From positions 1 to 63,255 of IMG/VR virus record IMGVR_UViG_3300009034_000035: 63,255 nucleotides of DNA. One strand, given 5' to 3'. Origin of the DNA: a virus (Duplodnaviria > Caudoviricetes). Position numbers and translations under genes: made by a program. How positions within the stretch are numbered: the first letter of the stretch is position 1; the number at the start of each line of letters is the position of its first letter. The notes under the pieces were generated by a model that saw nothing but the letters and a program-made list of their open reading frames with translations, was not told the DNA's origin and did not search any database. Positions 36,796 through 46,732 of this stretch are shown here, in pieces.

Positions 36796-38993
36796 TGAGT
36801 GGTATATTAACTACTCCAACTATAGAATTTAAAGTTGGAGGAACAACTGTAGAAGTAGCAGAAATTCTTGAGTGTGATATACATTTAGGATGTACTAGAG
36901 AAGTATCTAGTTTTGAAGTAGTAGTTGATAATAGTAATCCAGGCTATAATGCTGGTGATTATTCTCCTGGAGGAGCTAAAGCATTTACTAAAGGTAATGC
37001 TGTAACTATTAAGATTAAAAGAGGAACTATTAGCTCTTCTACTAATTATTTAATTACAGGCATATTAGAATCTTTAGAGTTTATAGATCAAAAGGAAGAA
37101 TATCAATATAAGGATGTAGTAGTACTTAGAGGTAGATGTAAAGGTTATCAATTATTTGCTAGGAAATATGATGGAGACTTAAATACAGATGTGGGTACTG
37201 CTTATCAAACTTATAAAAGGGCTAGTGGAGAAGCAGAGAGTCTTATAGCTTATTTGATAGATAATTATACCTCTTTAACTCATACTAGGGTAAATAGTGT
37301 AGCTACTGCTAATGCTAATAAAGATCAAAAAGTGGTAGCTGTTACTGATGGTAGTAAATTTGCTGCTGGAGACTTAGTTAAAATTTATGATACTAATAAT
37401 TGGGAATATAACAAAGTGGCCAGTGTAAGTACTAATAATGTGACTATGGTAAATAATCTATTAGAGAATTATACTACAGCAGCCACTTTAACTCTTTATT
37501 TAGATTTAATTAGAGATAGTAATACTACTTATACTAAAATGTTATTTAGTCATGAAACAATATTTGATATATTAAAGTTTATATCTGATACAGCTAGTAC
37601 ATCTGGAGGAGCAATAGGTTATGATATGAGGATAGAATATGATGGTGAATTTGGTTGGCTACCTAGAGGACATGTAACTGAAAGTTATACTTTAGCAGCT
37701 CAAGTACAATTAGAAAGATATATGGATGATGCTACTAGGATAAAGAATAAAATTACTGTTTATGGTAAACCTGATAAACCTGCTCCATTAGATAGTGATG
37801 GTCAAGATTATTCAGATGGTTTAACTGAATTAGCTGCACCTAGTCATCTTAAAGCTTTAACTGCTGATGCTGCTGCTAGTCAGGCAGTAGTTACATTAGG
37901 AGCAGGCAATTGTGCAGGCTTTGTTGCAGCTGATAAAGTGTGGATTATGGATGATAATGCTAATGGAGAACAACTTACTGTTCAGAGTGTAGATGATGGA
38001 GCAGGAACAGTTACTATGACTACTAACTTGGTTACTGCTTATGCTATAGCGGATGATGCTGTACTATTTATTATAGAGGATGGAGGTACACAGACTGGAT
38101 GGGGTTGGTATGATGATCCAGCAGATTATGATATAGTACAAGAAACAACTATTATAGATACTGGAAGTAAGTCTATTGAAGTACAAATAACTAATAAGAC
38201 AGGTATTAGTATACTTCTTCAGATGGTTACTGCTGTTGATATGAATGAGTATGATACATTAAAGATGAAGCTTTATTTTGCTACTACTGCACCAGCATCT
38301 TTAGGTATAGGCCTTAGAAGTGGTGACTGTGGAGGAACAGATTGGGCAACAATATATTTAGGTAGTCCAGATCAAACTAACCAATGGGTTGATATAGAAA
38401 TTAAAGGTGGGACAGATAATGAAGGTGCTTGGTCTAAAGGAGCAGGTTTTAGTTGGTCTACTGTTAAACAGATAAGGTTCTTTCCTATATGGTCAGCAGC
38501 AGATGATTATACTTTCTATATAGATAGGTTACATTTTATTGGTAAAAGGTGGGGAGGAGGAACTGATAATTCAGCTGTAGATGGATATGCTTATGATGCT
38601 ACTAGTGTATCAACTTATGGTGTAAGGGAACATGTAATAATAAGTGAAATGTTATTAAGTGATGCTGAATGTGAAGCTAAAGCTCAAAGTTTATTAGCAT
38701 TTTATAAAGATGCTAGAATAGCTATGGAATTAGAAACTGAAACTTTAGACTTAGTAAATTATCCTATTTTACCAGGCAATAAAGTAGCAGTAGATCTTAC
38801 TCCTTTAAGTATAAGTGGAGACTATAGAATTGATAGTGTAGATATTCATCTTAGTACACAAGATAATTCTCTTAAGTTTAGGTTCTTTATAGATAATGCT
38901 CCTCCTAGAACAGCTGACTATTTATTTAGACTATCTAGAAAAGTAAGAGAATTAGAAAGAAGTTATGGTGGCAGTATAAAAGGAGTAAGATAG
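36795..38993 (+). CDS. Tail tip/hub protein with inserted repeats and carbohydrate-binding-like module
   Basis: SSFEVVVDN, GRCKG, IKNKITVYG, SVSTYGVRE, PGNKV; CBM-like DMNEYDTL...WSTVKQI...FYIDRL. Confidence 0.75.
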   Translation: MSGILTTPTIEFKVGGTTVEVAEILECDIHLGCTREVSSFEVVVDNSNPGYNAGDYSPGGAKAFTKGNAVTIKIKRGTISSSTNYLITGILESLEFIDQKEEYQYKDVVVLRGRCKGYQLFARKYDGDLNTDVGTAYQTYKRASGEAESLIAYLIDNYTSLTHTRVNSVATANANKDQKVVAVTDGSKFAAGDLVKIYDTNNWEYNKVASVSTNNVTMVNNLLENYTTAATLTLYLDLIRDSNTTYTKMLFSHETIFDILKFISDTASTSGGAIGYDMRIEYDGEFGWLPRGHVTESYTLAAQVQLERYMDDATRIKNKITVYGKPDKPAPLDSDGQDYSDGLTELAAPSHLKALTADAAASQAVVTLGAGNCAGFVAADKVWIMDDNANGEQLTVQSVDDGAGTVTMTTNLVTAYAIADDAVLFIIEDGGTQTGWGWYDDPADYDIVQETTIIDTGSKSIEVQITNKTGISILLQMVTAVDMNEYDTLKMKLYFATTAPASLGIGLRSGDCGGTDWATIYLGSPDQTNQWVDIEIKGGTDNEGAWSKGAGFSWSTVKQIRFFPIWSAADDYTFYIDRLHFIGKRWGGGTDNSAVDGYAYDATSVSTYGVREHVIISEMLLSDAECEAKAQSLLAFYKDARIAMELETETLDLVNYPILPGNKVAVDLTPLSISGDYRIDSVDIHLSTQDNSLKFRFFIDNAPPRTADYLFRLSRKVRELERSYGGSIKGVR

Positions 38994-39007
38994 AAACTTT
39001 TAAATAA
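38992..39007 (+). promoter_or_regulatory. BRE-TATA promoter
   Basis: agaaacttttaaataa before the protease/holin cassette. Confidence 0.65.
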
Positions 39008-39041
39008 GTATAAATTATTATAAGTAATAGGAGAAGTATAA

Positions 39042-40094
39042 TTGTTAGAAGAGCTACCTAAATATGTTCAAAGTTGGTTGTGGAAGAATGCTTTTAAGTA
39101 TCCAAATGTAGTAGGCTTTAGCTTAGATGTTCTTCCTAGGCAAAGGAATAATTCATATAGTAGTCAAGAAGCAGTTAGATTCTATGTAAAGGAAAAAGTA
39201 GGTTTAGATACATTACGCTTTAAAGATATTATTCCTCCAGAATTGAGTATTAGATCAATGTTTAAACGTCACTTTCTAGAGACTGATATTATAGAGATAG
39301 GACTACCAGAGAAGTTCACAATAGATAAGACTAAAGCCTTTAGACCGGTTGAACTAGGAGTAAGTATAGGTAATCAAGCTATAACTGCTGGCTCATTAGG
39401 AATGTTATATCTTAAAGGCGATGATTTTAGTCCTTGGGGAGGAAGTAATGCCCATGTCTTAACACCTAATGCGGGGTGGAGTGTAGAAGAAGTAATAAAC
39501 TCTGGTTATGTTAATATTCTTCAACCAGGTTCTTATCATGGTGGAACATTAAAAGATGCAGTAGGATATTATAATTGGCATCAACAAATTTATCCAATTA
39601 ATGTACCTTCTAATTGTGATATAGCTGGGGGTTTAGCAGGTCTATTAAATAGACTTAGTAGAATATTAGGTAGACAATCAAGATTTAAAGCTGTTGTTCC
39701 TTATACTAATAGCATTGACTTTGGACTATATAAAATTACAAAGGAGCATATTCTAAAAGTAGCAGATGAATCAATAGATGTAGAGGATAAAGAATTTACT
39801 AGTCATCTTTATGCAGGTAGTGAAACAGTAGGAATACTATGTAAAGTTTCTAAAATACTTGAGACCAGACCAGATATAAAACCTGCAAATGGTTATTGGT
39901 CAGATCCAGAAGTGGGTGATAAAATAAAAGGTTGTTCATTCTGGTGTAATTATGAGACAGATGTTACAGATGTTAATGGAGTAATTAATGTTAACTATGG
40001 AGACTTTATGGCTTTAATGACTGATGCTGTAGTAGTAAATAATGATGGAACAATTAAAGGTGGATGGTCAGGTAGTGGATGGTTTAAAGAATGA
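39042..40094 (+). CDS. Trypsin-fold (Nal1-like) serine protease
   Basis: PNVVG prodomain, RPVELGVSIG, AGSLG, SNAHVL, ILQPG, IDFG, GGWSGS. Confidence 0.8.
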   Translation: MLEELPKYVQSWLWKNAFKYPNVVGFSLDVLPRQRNNSYSSQEAVRFYVKEKVGLDTLRFKDIIPPELSIRSMFKRHFLETDIIEIGLPEKFTIDKTKAFRPVELGVSIGNQAITAGSLGMLYLKGDDFSPWGGSNAHVLTPNAGWSVEEVINSGYVNILQPGSYHGGTLKDAVGYYNWHQQIYPINVPSNCDIAGGLAGLLNRLSRILGRQSRFKAVVPYTNSIDFGLYKITKEHILKVADESIDVEDKEFTSHLYAGSETVGILCKVSKILETRPDIKPANGYWSDPEVGDKIKGCSFWCNYETDVTDVNGVINVNYGDFMALMTDAVVVNNDGTIKGGWSGSGWFKE

Positions 40095-40285
40095 AAAGTA
40101 AAATAAGATATTGTTCCAATTGTAATGGAAAACTTAGACTTGCTAATGTTCGTACAGTTTCTTTATTTAATATTTTACTTGTAACTCTTATTTATTGGTG
40201 TGATAGTTGTTCTCATTTTATTGAAATAACAAGAGAGAAAATAGTAATTAAAAAAGGAAAGAAACCAATTCAATGGATTAATTAA
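40091..40285 (+). CDS. Zn-ribbon protein
   Basis: CSNC...CDSC. Confidence 0.55.
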   Translation: MKSKIRYCSNCNGKLRLANVRTVSLFNILLVTLIYWCDSCSHFIEITREKIVIKKGKKPIQWIN

Positions 40286-40311
40286 ATAATTTTAAAAAGG
40301 AGAAATATAAT

Positions 40312-40704
40312 ATGAAAGTTAAAGTAATTCCTCTTTATAAGATGCTTGGTGGTCTAGGAGATATACAATGTAAAAAAGCAATTAGTGTAATTGAATTTGG
40401 TAAGCCAGTAAAGTTGGTTGGTGTATCTGGTACTATAAGCTCTTTTCCTAGACTACATGTTCAGTTTATGTTAACTCTTACAGAAGATAATAGTTTTTGG
40501 AAATATAAATATGGCATGGTAGAATCTGATAATGTAATTGCAGCTTTTAACTGTGGAAATAGTGGAGTAGGAAATATTCCTCCTTCTTTTGGTTTTGATA
40601 TTATAACTGATAAAGTATGCTTCTGGGTATGGGCACATAATATGTATTGGATACCTAAGGACTTTCATGGTGCCTTTTTCTTATACTATGAGGAGTTAGA
40701 ATGA
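40312..40704 (+). CDS. Hypothetical beta-rich protein
   Basis: SD aggag. Confidence 0.55.
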   Translation: MKVKVIPLYKMLGGLGDIQCKKAISVIEFGKPVKLVGVSGTISSFPRLHVQFMLTLTEDNSFWKYKYGMVESDNVIAAFNCGNSGVGNIPPSFGFDIITDKVCFWVWAHNMYWIPKDFHGAFFLYYEELE

Positions 40705-40931
40705 AATTAGATTGGAAGCTTCTATCAAGAATATCAGATCTATTATATGGTTTAGGATTAGGTATTTCTATTCATGCTATAGCAAATGAACTTTATTATA
40801 AAGGAGGATATAAAGAGATACTCAGTCTTCAAGGAGAATGGATAGGCTTTGGTATTTTAATCTTAGCCTGGATAGTTCAACGTCTATTACTTTATAAGGA
40901 GGTATGTAAATGTCAATTAAAGAAAAATTAG
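40701..40931 (+). CDS. 2-TM membrane protein (holin-like)
   Basis: Two hydrophobic helices. Confidence 0.5.
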   Translation: MKLDWKLLSRISDLLYGLGLGISIHAIANELYYKGGYKEILSLQGEWIGFGILILAWIVQRLLLYKEVCKCQLKKN

Positions 40932-41086
40932 CTGAAAAAATAGATAAGTCAACTTTAGCCAATATAGTTGCTGTTATTGGTGTCATAATGTGTCTTGGTT
41001 ACTTCATTGAGACTAAAGATACTGAGTCATTGAAGTGGATAGCAGGTATATCTGTAGGCTGGCTCTTTAAGGAAATAAGAAGCTAG
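40910..41086 (+). CDS. 2-TM holin-like protein (58 aa)
   Basis: SD aggaggt; ANIVAVIGVIMCLGYF and WIAGISVGWLF. Confidence 0.6.
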   Translation: MSIKEKLAEKIDKSTLANIVAVIGVIMCLGYFIETKDTESLKWIAGISVGWLFKEIRS

Positions 41087-41087
41087 T

Positions 41088-41106
41088 AGAAACCTTTATA
41101 TTTTAG
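41088..41106 (+). promoter_or_regulatory. BRE-TATA promoter of the early/replication region
   Basis: agaaacctttatattttag. Confidence 0.75.
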
Positions 41107-41296
41107 TCTGGTGTATTACCTAGTAGGTGTTTGGTAGATAAAAGATGAAGAAGCAAGATAAAGAGCAAGTTAAAGAACTAATAGAGTCTAATATTTCCTA
41201 TGATACTCTATTAAAGCTTTTTCATACTAAAGAAATTAACTTTTTAGTCTTTAGTCAAGTTGCTAAAGTATGTAAAACTCCTTATAGGTGTAGAAT

Positions 41297-41509
41297 ATGA
41301 AGAAACCAGAAGATGCAGATAAAGCAACCTTTAAAGAAGTTCTTGAATGGATGAAAACTCATCTCCCTTATCAAAATGATAATGACATGTATATCTTGGA
41401 AAGGATTATTGATATATGTTCTGATTGTGGTTATGAATTACCAATGACTTATGATGAGTTAATAGAAAGATGCGGAGATTATTTAGGAAGAGATGAGTTA
41501 GGATGGTAA
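41297..41509 (+). CDS. Hypothetical protein
   Basis: SD aggtg. Confidence 0.55.
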   Translation: MKKPEDADKATFKEVLEWMKTHLPYQNDNDMYILERIIDICSDCGYELPMTYDELIERCGDYLGRDELGW

Positions 41510-41674
41510 ATAAGAAATGAAAGTAAATATTTTTGACTCAGTTAATAGGCTTTTAGGATATGTAGATTTAGATACATATAAAATTTATACTAATGATGGT
41601 ATATTCATTCAAGAAATAAATCCTAATACTACTTTTAAAGAAGTAAAAGATATACTTCTGATAGAGGTTACTAA

Positions 41675-42256
41675 ATGTTCTTAGAAGAGTTAATTAAGAA
41701 AAGACTTAAAGAACTACATCCTAATTTTGATTATATATCTGTAGAGAATATAATGTATAGAACAGCTCTTCAAGATATAGAATATTATTTTAAGACTATG
41801 TGGAATATAGAGACCCATGTACAATTTATGACTAAATTTATTGATACATTAGCAGAAAGACCAATAGCTTTTAAAGAAGAAATAGATGTATGGTTAAGTT
41901 TCTGGTTCTGTAAGTGGAAGCAAAGAGTAAAGATAATTTTTAAAGTGGAAGAATTTAATAGAACTACTGAGCAATTACAGAAGCTAGTACAAAGGGGAAG
42001 TAATAGGATAAGTTATCAAATGTTGCAAGAGTATAAAAGGCCTGTTATTATATGTCTAATTCAACATGGAGAAATATGCTTTACAGATCAATTAGCTGAA
42101 CAACTTATTAAAAGAACATTAGCTAAAAGAAGATTACCTAAAGGAGCAGAAGATAAAATTAAATTTTTAAATACTCTTTTGAATAAAGCTAAAGATATGA
42201 GTATGATGAGTGGACCATTAATATTTCTTAAACCTAATATGGAGGTATTTAAATGA
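41675..42256 (+). CDS. Hypothetical helical protein
   Basis: 193-aa ORF with SD gaggt. Confidence 0.65.
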   Translation: MFLEELIKKRLKELHPNFDYISVENIMYRTALQDIEYYFKTMWNIETHVQFMTKFIDTLAERPIAFKEEIDVWLSFWFCKWKQRVKIIFKVEEFNRTTEQLQKLVQRGSNRISYQMLQEYKRPVIICLIQHGEICFTDQLAEQLIKRTLAKRRLPKGAEDKIKFLNTLLNKAKDMSMMSGPLIFLKPNMEVFK

Positions 42257-42304
42257 GGTTAAGTGAAATGACAATTTGGTATAGAAAATGGATTTATTCT
42301 ATAT

Positions 42305-42667
42305 ATGTATGGAGTTATACTTGGAGAGATTATTAATATGAGACCAGTATGTATAAAATGTAATGTAGAAATGCAATGTGAAAAGAATGGAGTAGTAGTT
42401 TACCATCCTTATGAAGAACCTAAACCTGGACCAATACAAGAAAAGGTAGGAAACTTAACTGTTATTCATACTGATAGATTAATAACTATAGACAAGACTA
42501 AAATAGATTTTGTAGTAAGAGGAGATAAATATAAATGTCCTATATGTGGATATGAAGTAGTAGTAGGCTTTGGTCAACAAATGGTAGATTATCAATATCC
42601 TCAAGAGCAACTTAAGAAGATAGTTACTAATGCTGATGAAACAATAGAAATAAGGAGGGTATATTAA
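42305..42667 (+). CDS. Zn-ribbon protein
   Basis: CIKC...GDKYKCPICG. Confidence 0.65.
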   Translation: MYGVILGEIINMRPVCIKCNVEMQCEKNGVVVYHPYEEPKPGPIQEKVGNLTVIHTDRLITIDKTKIDFVVRGDKYKCPICGYEVVVGFGQQMVDYQYPQEQLKKIVTNADETIEIRRVY

Positions 42668-42987
42668 TGGGTAAATGTTTAGAAACAAAGAAATTCTGTG
42701 ATGGTAGAAGAAAATATTGCCATGCTTCAGGAGATGCATATAAAAACTTATGGAATAAATATTGTGCATGTTATCAAGGAATAGTTGATGGAAAAATGGT
42801 TAATGGAAATAAAGAATGTTTTGAGGAATAATAATGGGTAAAACAATCCATATATGTTCTAAGTGTGAAAAAGCAGGTAATTGGATTTTTTCTGGTGAAA
42901 AAGAATTAACTCATATACCTTGTAAAACTAAATTTACTTTTGAAGAATGGAAAAATTTACCATTAAAAGAAAAGGAAGAAGGGATAG

Positions 42988-43290
42988 ATGGGTAAACCTG
43001 TAGTTAGACATCCATGCTTAAGATGTGGAAAGAAGTTTAATACTAAACCCAAGAAACAGAATGTAATAAAGAAAGGAAAAGTAATTGGTCATACTTGGGA
43101 AGTAGAACAATATTGTCAAAGTTGTAGGAATAAGCAAGAGAAGCAAAGACAATTAGTAAAGAAAATAAGGAATGAATCTAGAGTAAGAGTAACAGCTGAA
43201 AAGGTTGATTTAAAGGCTGAAGTAAGGGATTTAATATGGGCAGAACATAAATATCCAGATCTAGTTAAGAAGTTAAGAGGAGAAGATTAA
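42988..43290 (+). CDS. Zn-finger protein
   Basis: CLRCG...YCQSC. Confidence 0.6.
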   Translation: MGKPVVRHPCLRCGKKFNTKPKKQNVIKKGKVIGHTWEVEQYCQSCRNKQEKQRQLVKKIRNESRVRVTAEKVDLKAEVRDLIWAEHKYPDLVKKLRGED

Positions 43291-43484
43291 TGGATAAAGA
43301 AAAGAAGAAAAAACTTAATGCTGAATTATGGAAGTATAGAAGAGGAGCAGAAGGTATTAAACAGCTCACTTTAAATTCTAAATATTTAAATTGTACTTTT
43401 CCTCTTAAGAAAGAATTATGTAAAGATTTTAATTGTAATGAATGTAAAATAGAAAAGAAACATTTAAATAAGAAGAAAAGATAA
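43290..43484 (+). CDS. Small Cys-rich protein
   Basis: C...C...CNEC. Confidence 0.5.
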   Translation: MDKEKKKKLNAELWKYRRGAEGIKQLTLNSKYLNCTFPLKKELCKDFNCNECKIEKKHLNKKKR

Positions 43485-43503
43485 TATATTAGTAGGTGTT
43501 TGG

Positions 43504-43719
43504 TTGAGAAGAATATATAAAAAATTATTATCATTTTTAGGCTGTTTAGGATTTTTAAGTATTATTATTTTTCTATTTTGGTGTCTTTTTAGTAAGAATA
43601 TTTTTGTTCCAAATTTAGAAGAAATATTAAAAATTTTACCATTAATTTTTACTGTTGGAGGAATTGTAATGTATTTAATTTATTTTTATTATTCATTAAA
43701 TTATTTGGTGAAAGATTAA
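43504..43719 (+). CDS. 2-TM membrane protein
   Basis: Hydrophobic; SD aggtg. Confidence 0.5.
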   Translation: MRRIYKKLLSFLGCLGFLSIIIFLFWCLFSKNIFVPNLEEILKILPLIFTVGGIVMYLIYFYYSLNYLVKD

Positions 43720-44126
43720 TGACGATTAAAACAGCATCTTTAAGAGAAATAGATAAATTATCTAAAACAGCTTATAAGATTTTAATAACTAGAACATATC
43801 CTTTTTGGCATAAAGATCTTAATAAGAAAATAGATGAATGGCTACCTATATTAGCTCCTAGTAAACAACTTCTTAAGGATTATAAAGAAGAACTTAAAAG
43901 GACTAAAGACCCTAGAATAGCTTGGAGTATAGTTAAGTATGATAAAAGGTTTAGAAGAGAAATATTAAGAAGTAGTGAAGCATTAGGAGAAATGAGAAGA
44001 CTTAAGAGAATAAGTAGACAACTTAAAGGTAAGAGAGTAGTATATTTAATATGCCATGAACCAATTGAGGATTATTGTCATAGAAGGTTAGTTAAAGAAT
44101 TAATGAGGTATGAACTTGGAAACTAA
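43719..44126 (+). CDS. DUF488-family protein
   Basis: ITRTYP...DEWLPILAPSKQLL...LICHE...CHRRLV. Confidence 0.85.
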   Translation: MTIKTASLREIDKLSKTAYKILITRTYPFWHKDLNKKIDEWLPILAPSKQLLKDYKEELKRTKDPRIAWSIVKYDKRFRREILRSSEALGEMRRLKRISRQLKGKRVVYLICHEPIEDYCHRRLVKELMRYELGN

Positions 44127-44292
44127 AATGAATTGGAAACAAAGATTATATATATGTTCTTTAATAGCGCTTTTTGGATATTCCTTTGGATATTTTATTC
44201 ATTGTTATTTTAATTATGGTACATCATTTCTATTAGGATGGTTTGGTTTTGGTCCATTAACAAGATGGATTTATAAAAAGTTAGGTGATTAA
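44110..44292 (+). CDS. Small membrane protein
   Basis: Two hydrophobic segments. Confidence 0.5.
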   Translation: MNLETKMNWKQRLYICSLIALFGYSFGYFIHCYFNYGTSFLLGWFGFGPLTRWIYKKLGD

Positions 44293-44469
44293 ATGGGAAT
44301 TAAAAATAGACTTAAATGTGCATCTTTCTTTTTATTCTTTGGTATACCTATTAATTTATTCTTTTATTTATTTGTATATGGCCTTAATCCTTTATGGTTT
44401 ATTATAATCTTTTGTATTATGACTTTAATTGGATTTTTAGTAGGTAATGATTTTGGAGAGTATAGATAA

Positions 44470-44892
44470 ATGCCTTATATAAAGAAAGAAGATAGACCAA
44501 GATATGATAATATAATAACTAGAGGAGAAAGGCAAGGATTAGTAATAGCCAGAGAATTATTATTTCATGACTTAAGAGACTCACATCCTACTCAAGTAGA
44601 TGGTTATCTTAATTATTATCTTACAAAATTACTTAAAGATTTAAAAGAAGATCCAGGCTTTTTCTTTAAACAATTTATTAGAGAAGTTCTTCAAGAAGTA
44701 TATTGTACACCTCCTAAATATTATAAATTGGAAAGAGGTATAGGTCTACTTACATGTATGATTATAGAGTTTAGTAGAAGAAAATGGTCTAAAGTTTCTA
44801 AGAAGCTTCTTAAGGATATAAGAAGAGAATTTACTGAGACTTTATTTATTCCTTATGAGATGGCTAAAAGAAGTATTAATGGTGATATATAA
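44470..44892 (+). CDS. Conserved viral protein (MPYI...GxLNY family)
   Basis: MPYIKKEDR, GYLNY, EFSRR, PYE..K...NGDI. Confidence 0.65.
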   Translation: MPYIKKEDRPRYDNIITRGERQGLVIARELLFHDLRDSHPTQVDGYLNYYLTKLLKDLKEDPGFFFKQFIREVLQEVYCTPPKYYKLERGIGLLTCMIIEFSRRKWSKVSKKLLKDIRREFTETLFIPYEMAKRSINGDI

Positions 44893-45155
44893 TGAAAAAA
44901 GTAAGAGAAGAAAAGAATTGTATAGTATATGAGAATAAATTAGGAAATGTAAAAATAGTACATTTTGCATTAGCTTTTGGTGAACCACAGAAATCATTAC
45001 AAATTTTATTTTCAAAACCAAATGGTTATCATGAAACAGAAAGACATTTAACTCCAGATGAAGCCATTCAATTTGCTTTAGATCTAATAGAAATTGCTAA
45101 AAAGGTTAAAGAAAAAATTATTGCCTGGGAAACAAAAGGAGTACCTGCATATTAA
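44892..45155 (+). CDS. Hypothetical protein
   Basis: Coupled ORF. Confidence 0.55.
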   Translation: MKKVREEKNCIVYENKLGNVKIVHFALAFGEPQKSLQILFSKPNGYHETERHLTPDEAIQFALDLIEIAKKVKEKIIAWETKGVPAY

Positions 45156-45169
45156 GAAGGGGTATAAAA

Positions 45170-45460
45170 ATGAAGCAAATAAAAGTAAAGGATATACCCA
45201 AAAAAGGAACATTAAAAGAAATTGATAAAAATATATATAAATTAACTACTATTACAATATCAGATACTAAAGAGGGTAATACTGGTAAAATGGCAACATT
45301 TGTTTGGAAGAGTGTAATAAGAGCTTTTATAGAGAAAAGAAAAGTTCAATTTCCAGGAGATATAGGAGTAAAGAGGCTAATTGATTTATTAGAAAGTAAG
45401 GATATTCCTGGTGATATTACAGAGCAATATATAATAATAGAGGACTATTCAGATGTGTAA
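45170..45460 (+). CDS. Hypothetical protein
   Basis: ORF in + operon. Confidence 0.55.
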   Translation: MKQIKVKDIPKKGTLKEIDKNIYKLTTITISDTKEGNTGKMATFVWKSVIRAFIEKRKVQFPGDIGVKRLIDLLESKDIPGDITEQYIIIEDYSDV

Positions 45461-45562
45461 AGGAGAAATAGTTATTAGCTACCATAATAAGAAAGTTAAG
45501 GAAGAAATATTAGATAGGATGAAAGGTCTTTTTGTATGTATTACTATTAAGGAGGAAAAATA

Positions 45563-46636
45563 ATGAAACCCAATTCTATAACTGGAGTATTTTTAGATGC
45601 AGACTTAGAGAGATTAATAGAAATAGATCTACCTTTAGTTAAGCATCAAGAAGTAATTTCCTATAAAAATAAGAAACTTTCAGAAATTAAATTAGAATAT
45701 GGAGAATTTTGCTTTATGGGAGACTTTCATTATGGTCATGAAAAGTTTAGTAGTACAGTATTACATGGTTATCTTAATTACCTTAAACAACACCCTAATA
45801 TTCAAATTGGATTAATGGGAGATATATTAGAATATGGTCAAGCAAGTAAATATATTAATGAAGAAATATTAAATGTAGATGAACAAATAGAAATGTTTGT
45901 AGCAGACTTTAAGCCTTTAGCTAATAGAATAAAATTTATATTGTGGGGCAATCATGAAGAGAGATATGTAAGATTAAGTAAAAGTAAAAGGTTTATGAGG
46001 AATATAGCATTAGAATTAGGATTAGATCCAGATAAAGATGTTTATGTTCCAGGTCCACAAAAGGGCATATTTGTAGTATTTAAAGCCGGTGATAAAAAAT
46101 ATGGAGCACAATTACATCATAGTAAGACTGGTGCTAGGATAAATCAGGATATTCAGCTTAGAAGAGCAGGTAGTCAAAATGTTGTGGCTATAATTGGACA
46201 TGGACATACACATCGTTTAACATGGAAACCTAGAACATTTAGAACATTAGAAGTAGTAAATGGTAATGTAATGAATATAGTTAGAAGACAATATCTTTTA
46301 GCAAGTGGTTGCTTCTTAAAATATCCAGGTTATGCAGAGAGTAGATCTATGCCTTATACAGAAGTTGGTAGTCCTATAGTAAGATTTCATGCTCAAGAAA
46401 ATAATCTTCAAGAATATGATCTTACAGGATTCTATAAAGAATATTTGGCTAAAGGAGGAAGTATATGGAAGCATGGAAATAGAAAGCTTAATTTTAAATA
46501 TTCAAATAAAAAAGATGAACCTAAAAGTGGTGTTACTTCTGATATACTCAATTTACGTAAATATTCTATTAATGGAGTGGACAGTAGGGGACAGGACCGG
46601 ACAGGAAGAGATGGGAAAGGATTAAATGATAGATAA
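45563..46636 (+). CDS. Calcineurin-like metallophosphoesterase
   Basis: GDFHYG, MGD, GNHE, HH, GHTH motifs; last 20 codons overlap pentamer array 1. Confidence 0.9.
   Translation: MKPNSITGVFLDADLERLIEIDLPLVKHQEVISYKNKKLSEIKLEYGEFCFMGDFHYGHEKFSSTVLHGYLNYLKQHPNIQIGLMGDILEYGQASKYINEEILNVDEQIEMFVADFKPLANRIKFILWGNHEERYVRLSKSKRFMRNIALELGLDPDKDVYVPGPQKGIFVVFKAGDKKYGAQLHHSKTGARINQDIQLRRAGSQNVVAIIGHGHTHRLTWKPRTFRTLEVVNGNVMNIVRRQYLLASGCFLKYPGYAESRSMPYTEVGSPIVRFHAQENNLQEYDLTGFYKEYLAKGGSIWKHGNRKLNFKYSNKKDEPKSGVTSDILNLRKYSINGVDSRGQDRTGRDGKGLNDR
46574..46623 (+). repeat. GGA-NN pentamer array 1 (10 units), candidate guide RNA
   Basis: ggagt ggaca gtagg ggaca ggacc ggaca ggaag agatg ggaaa ggatt. Confidence 0.85.
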
Positions 46637-46648
46637 AAATATATTAGA

Positions 46649-46723
46649 GGAGAGGAGAGGATTGGAGGGGTCTGGATTGGAAAGGAAAGGAGTTGACCGG
46701 AGAGGATTGGAATGGATTGGAGG
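46649..46723 (+). repeat. GGA-NN pentamer array 2 (15 units), candidate guide RNA
   Basis: ggaga ggaga ggatt ggagg ggtct ggatt ggaaa ggaaa ggagt tgacc ggaga ggatt ggaat ggatt ggagg. Confidence 0.92.
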
Positions 46724-46732
46724 TGAAATTTA

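Noticed and set aside
46389-46625. Alternative-frame 78-aa ORF over array 1
   Set aside because: Nested within the phosphoesterase gene; no SD or motif
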